The position numbers and the translations under genes are program-made. From Macrostomum lignano (Eukaryota): a stretch of DNA of 64,000 nucleotides. The stretch covers positions 62,001 to 126,000 of the forward strand of contig NIVC01001259.1 in the NCBI GenBank assembly GCA_002269645.1. Reading direction: 5' to 3'. This document shows positions 59,179-64,000 of this stretch, one piece after another. Below the pieces are notes generated by a model that had not been told where the DNA came from, made no database searches, and was given only the letters and a program-made list of their open reading frames with translations. Position 1 is the first letter of the stretch. Every line of letters begins with the position of its first letter.

Positions 59179-59605
59179 GATCAAATGAGAGCAATCCTTG
59201 CAGAAGTCCTATTGCCTGTAGGATCAATGAAAGCAATCCTTGCAGAAGTCCTATTGCCTGTAGGATTAATCGGAGCCTTCCTTACAGAAGTCCTATTGCC
59301 TGTAGGATCAATGAGAGCAATCCTTGCAGAAGTCCTATTGCCTGTAGGATTAATCGGAGCCTTCCTTACAGAAGTCCTATTGCCTGTAGGATCAATGAGA
59401 GCAATCCTTGCAGAAGTCCTATTGCCTGTAGGATCAATGAAAGCAATCCTTGCAGAGGTCCTATTGCCTGTAGGATCAATGAGAGCAATCCTTGCAGAAG
59501 TCCTATTGCCTGTAGGATCAATGAGAGCAATCCTTGCAGAAGTCCTATTGCCTGTAGGATCAATGAGAGCAATCCTTGCAGAAGTCCTATTGCCTGTAGG
59601 ATCAA
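59179..59605. repeat. 42-bp tandem repeat GATCAATGAGAGCAATCCTTGCAGAAGTCCTATTGCCTGTAG, ~10 copies
   Basis: Two alternating unit variants. Confidence 0.95.
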
Positions 59606-60006
59606 TAAGAACAGTCTTGTGGAAGTTCAGCAATCAGTGAAACTAGTCTTGGTATTTCTATCACCTTCGTGATTAGAAGATGCAGAGTCATAATTGAACA
59701 GCAGCAATAAGATAGCAACAACTGCATAATCAATCTTGACAAAAAAGAGACTGTTTAGAACTCATAGACTGAATTTTCCAAGCTAAAACGCCCGCTTGGT
59801 GAAAGCACAGATTCAAGAAGGCTTCAAGCGCATGATTGGCCGAACTTGTGCAAGCCAATTGGACGAAAAAAGGACGACTTGCGCAATATCCTAGCAGTAT
59901 AAGACACGACTCATTCGTATAATCCTGGATTATCCGCAACTAAAGATAAACACCCTATAAGTCCAGTCGAAATCTAAATCTCGAACACCGGAAGAGCAGC
60001 TCCACA

Positions 60007-60318
60007 ATGTCTTCGTCACTGTTTCTGATTACCTCGCTGATCATTGCAACTGCAATTGTCTGCCGTTCGCCTGGCCTAGCCGCTAGTAACGCTGATGACG
60101 ATAGCACTGAGGCTGGCCAGCTGCTGCCGTTTGAACATTTCCCGGATCTGGACCCGTGGCAGCGTTGCCTGTTCGTCTGCCGTCGTTGCTACTCAAATAG
60201 TGAGCCGCGTCTGCACTGCGTGAACAATATTTGTTTGGACCGGATTTACCTGCGCAGGCTTCCCGTGTCTGTAGCTGCCTTGGCAGACTGTCCGGAGTTT
60301 CGTCACGTATATCAGTGA
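60007..60318 (+). CDS. Small secreted cysteine-rich peptide precursor, eclosion-hormone-like Cys frame
   Basis: acaATG context; hydrophobic N-terminus (signal-peptide-like); acidic spacer; six Cys spaced C-x3-C-x2-C-x9-C-x4-C-x18-C; AATAAA about 55 nt after the stop. Confidence 0.75.
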   Translation: MSSSLFLITSLIIATAIVCRSPGLAASNADDDSTEAGQLLPFEHFPDLDPWQRCLFVCRRCYSNSEPRLHCVNNICLDRIYLRRLPVSVAALADCPEFRHVYQ

Positions 60319-60637
60319 CTATAAAGAATGTAACGGATAACCATGCACTCTTGCGAACTGTCTGTTTTGAGAAATAAAATACAGACTTTTACGTCAGTTG
60401 AACTATTGTACCTGGGCTTTTATTTAAGTTCATGTCACATCACTTATAAAAGGGTAAAAACACTTATAAAAAAGGGTAAAAAATCTTTAAATTTATGAAC
60501 TGCCTGTAAGATAAGACGGCAGAATCGTCTGTTTTTTGGGGAAGAAAAGCAACAAAATGCTTTTATTCAAAATATACGCTCGCACACAAATGGCAAACTT
60601 CTTAAATCAATGTTTTGATTTGACACGGAAGGAGGAG

Positions 60638-61993
60638 CATCGTGGAATCTCGCTCATGTCCTGTACCGCGAAGCTGTTCAACCGGGTGCTATTAGCACGG
60701 TTACAGCCCGTGCTGGACTCGTTCCTGCGGTACGAGCAGAACGGGTTCCGCCCCCATCGCGGTACGGTGACGCAGATCCTGGCCCTCCGCCGCATCATCG
60801 AGGAGGCGCGCATCCACCAGTCAAGCCTTATCGTCATCTTTGTTGACTTCCTCAAGGCCTTCGACTCGGTGGCGCGCGGCGCGCTGCCTCACGTGCTCCG
60901 TGCCTACAACGTACCGCAGCAGCTGATCTCCGCCATCATGGCGCTGTATCAGGACACCACCGCCGCGGTAGCGACGCCAGACGGACCGTCGGACCTGTTT
61001 AGCACGACCTCCGGAGTGCTACAGGGTGACACTCTGGCGCCCTTTCTCTTCGTGCTGGTGATGGACTGGGTGCTCAGGACCGGCCTGCCGACATCAGAGG
61101 ACGGCTTTCTGCTGCAAAGGCGCACCAGTAGACGGCACCCGGAGAAGAAACTGTCTGTCCTTGGCTACGCGGACGACCTCGCCCTGCTGTCTTCCACGGC
61201 CGAAGGCGCCCAACGTCTGCTGGACGGCCTGACTGCGGCGGCGGCGAGGGTCGGTCTCGTCATCAACGCCAGGAAGACCGAGGTGCTGACGGTGCCGCAT
61301 GATCTACCCGCCGAGATTCGACTTCGAGACGGCGACGGCCCCGGGACGGCGATCCCGAAGTGCCTTCAGTTCGTCTACCTCGGCGGACTGGTGCCGGACG
61401 TCGGTGACGACCTAGCGAGACGGCGCGGCAAGGCCTGGGCTGCCTTCCGATCTGTGCGGGCGGTGCTGCTCTCCGAGGCCCTGTCCGACGGCGCCAGGTC
61501 CCAGCTGTTCCAGGCGGTTGTTGAGACCGCCCTGCTGTACAATGCTGAGACCTGGACGCTGACCGGGGCGCTTGAGGCGCAGCTCGACGCGGCGCATGCG
61601 GCCCTAGTCCGCGCCGCTTTCGGCGCCCGCCGCGGCCCTGGCAGCGAGACAACCGAGTCCCTGTACAAACGCACAGGCCTGACGCGGCCTTCTGCCCTGC
61701 TGAGTCAGCGGCGCCTGCGGCTTGCCGGACATGTCATCCGGGCCGGAGCCTACTGCCCAGAGCCGCTGCAGGACGTCCTGCTGTGGACCCCGCAGGGACC
61801 GCGCAGGCGTGGTCAGGGACGATCAGCCCGCTACGTCGACCGCCTTTTTGAAGATGCGCGAGCACCCAGCCAGACGGCCGGTGTGAAGCACATTAGAGAC
61901 CTGGCTCTGAAACGCGCGATTTGACGCTCCCCCCTCTTGGCCACTCCCGTGGCTGGCGTGGGGCGTAACTATTATTATTATTATTATTATTAT
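60638..61993 (+). mobile_element. 5'-truncated non-LTR retrotransposon (RTE/RTEX-like LINE), intact RT to 3' end
   Basis: RGISLMS..KLFNRVLL, EQNGFRP, FVDFLKAFDSV, GVLQGDTLAPFLF, YADDLALL, GLVINARKTE, YLGG, LYNAETWTL, RRLRLAGHVIR; stop at 61922-61924; (TAT)n tail at 61970-61993. Confidence 0.9.
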
Positions 61994-62943
61994 TTTTGTT
62001 GCGTTAAAAAGCAATTTCTTATTGTCGTCTTGTCTCATCCGAGCTCCGAGCTTGTCTCATCTTAGCTCGAATTGTACTTGAGCAACTAATACTCGACTTC
62101 GGTAGCAATCTTGCATTGAGCAGTTCCTTATAGCGAAGTATTCATAGCTTCGAACTTGCGCGTGCTCAAACAGAAGGCGCTGAAGGCATTGAAAGATTGA
62201 TTTCAAGTCGCTTCTTTAATATCTAATGAATCACGGCTTGATTTTGATTAAAAAGTCTATCATTTTGCTCATGAAAGTTGACATCTGTCGCCGAAGGCTT
62301 GATGAAAACAGCTGAGGAGCCGTCGGTGATGCGTGATTCTATATTATTTTTTTCTGCTGACTAACAGAGCTGTTTTCCTTGTGATGGACAAGAAGCAATC
62401 CCTAATATAGAAAAGAGTAATGGAGATTCCCCTGTCTTCTGTGACTTTCGGCTGTCACTATCCGGCGCGTCCTGTTCCGCAATCGTGCCAATTCTCTTCC
62501 GCTGCGGCCTTCCGATTCTGCTGCTCCCGGCTTTGGCTTTGTCTTCCGGGTTTTCCGCTTCTGTGGCCCCGAAAATATGAAAACATATTTTCAGCCATTT
62601 GCTCGCCGAGAAAAAAACATTTCTTGTTTATCTGTGATCCTTATTTACCGCGACGTCTTCCATTGCCTATCCGATACTGTACTTAAATTATGCTGAACTT
62701 GGGATCAGTCCGCCCGTTTACTCGTATTGGCATCACAAATCGATGCAGTGCGGCTTTTTCTATCTTTCTCGGTGATGCAAATATTATAGAAACTGATAAT
62801 TGTAAAACAAGTCCGATGTACCTTATTGTTCCTTTTAGGCAAAATAGCACACTTAAGTAGATAACAGTTGCTTAAATTGTTATTTTTCCAACGCGCTTCG
62901 GCCCGTTATAGGTTATTGTCAGGTTCAACAGTGTGTTAGTGAA

Positions 62944-63416
62944 GTCTATGGTTTATGAAGTCTATGGTTTGTGAAGTCTATGGTTTGTGAAGTCTATGGT
63001 TTGTGAAGTCAATGGTTTGTGAAAACTATGGTTTGTGAAGTCTATGGTTTGTGAAAACTATGGTTTGTGAAGTCTATAGTTTGTGAAGTCTATGGTTTGT
63101 GAAGTCAATGGTTTGTGAAAACTATGGTTTGTGAAGTCAATGGTTTGTGAAAACTATGGTTTGTGAAGTTCTATGGTTTATGAAATCTATGGTTTGTGAA
63201 GTCTATGGTTTGTGAAAACTATGGTTTGTGAAGTCTATAGTTTGTGAAGTCTATGGTTTGTGAAGTCAATGGTTTGTGAAAACTATGGTTTGTGAAGTTC
63301 TATGGTTTATGAAGTCTATGGTTTGTGAAGTCTATGGTTTGTGAAGTCTATGGTTTATGAAGTCTATGGTTTTGTGAAGTCATGGTTTGTGAAGTCTTGT
63401 GAAGTCTTTGTGAAGC
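62944..63416. repeat. Minisatellite, ~16-bp unit TATGGTTTGTGAAGTC
   Basis: Tandem copies. Confidence 0.95.
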
Positions 63417-63922
63417 CTTCACTGAGCATATGGCCTGTCCGCAGCACTGTGAATTAGCTGGACTATATACTCCAGGTTTTCTAATGAAGGCAGGGACCAT
63501 TTAGTACAATCTGCCCCTGGAATGCCATTTTTACTGTACAAACTGTATACAATTGTGTGCCCATGAACTACATTATTGACCCTGACAATGACACATGACA
63601 GACAGAAACGCGTTGAAAAAAAACGATGTTGATTTTCTTCTTTATACTAGCGCAGAATATGTAGCACAGTAATCCACCTTCAGATAGAAACGACCAAAAA
63701 TTTGCTTTTTTCTGTTGTAAGAAGTTTTAACTTGGCAGCCGTGACTGTCAAAAACATGCAGTAGATTTGCTATACATCTACAAGGTGAAGAACGGTAAAG
63801 TCTTTCCGAAGAACAAAAAAGTTTTTGCTTTTTTCTGGCCTTCCGCTGGCGTCTGCGTTCGTAGAATTCGATTGAAGCTAACATTTAGCAATTGTCTTCT
63901 TTCTGCTACTCTCCCCCCAGCA

Positions 63923-64000
63923 ATGCTGAAAGAGCTCAGCTACTCGGAGTCTTTCGCCCCTGAGTACTCCAGCCTGACTCGAGCTGCGCACCTCATGCTG
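63923..64000 (+). CDS. Partial exon of an unknown gene running off the window (MLKELSYSESFAPEYSSLTRAAHLML...)
   Basis: Strong acceptor tctttctgctactctccccccag| at 63920, then CA ATG and an open frame to the edge with C/G-ending codons. Confidence 0.45.
   Translation, partial: MLKELSYSESFAPEYSSLTRAAHLML

Noticed and set aside
60500-60545. SL RNA or snRNA gene (AGACGG..CGTCT hairpin followed by a T-run)
   Set aside because: No leader-ATG-GT junction and no proper Sm site; short hairpin only.
62400-62660. Purine-rich, coding-looking stretch on the minus strand
   Set aside because: The longest ATG-initiated frame is only ~46 aa, with no convincing splice pair or homology.

Overview
Animal (metazoan) genomic DNA, not prokaryotic. 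The GC-rich codon usage and the many ~12-42 bp minisatellites inside introns resemble Macrostomum-type flatworms; this is inference, not a database result. Genes read from the sequence: (1) a Musashi-family two-RRM gene on the minus strand (ATG 42941, at least 9 exons, 3' end near 23.1 kb); (2) a divergent 4-exon short-chain acyl-CoA dehydrogenase (ACADS, 47481-50813); (3) an intronless RNA polymerase I/III AC40 subunit (POLR1C, 57704-58657), separated from ACADS by a 6.4-kb satellite; (4) a 103-aa secreted six-cysteine peptide with an eclosion-hormone-like cysteine frame (60007-60318); (5) an orphan 199-aa ORF (4075-4674); (6) an exon running off the right edge. Mobile elements: two RTE-clade LINE fragments, a tRNA/CORE-like SINE, and two small TIR elements with clean target-site duplications. 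More than 25 tandem arrays are present, and nearly all very long ORFs in the supplied track are artefacts of them. Best leads: the EH-like peptide; a run of co-oriented genes each with a 3' splice acceptor just before the ATG (possible SL trans-spliced operon); and Musashi isoform and autoregulation features.
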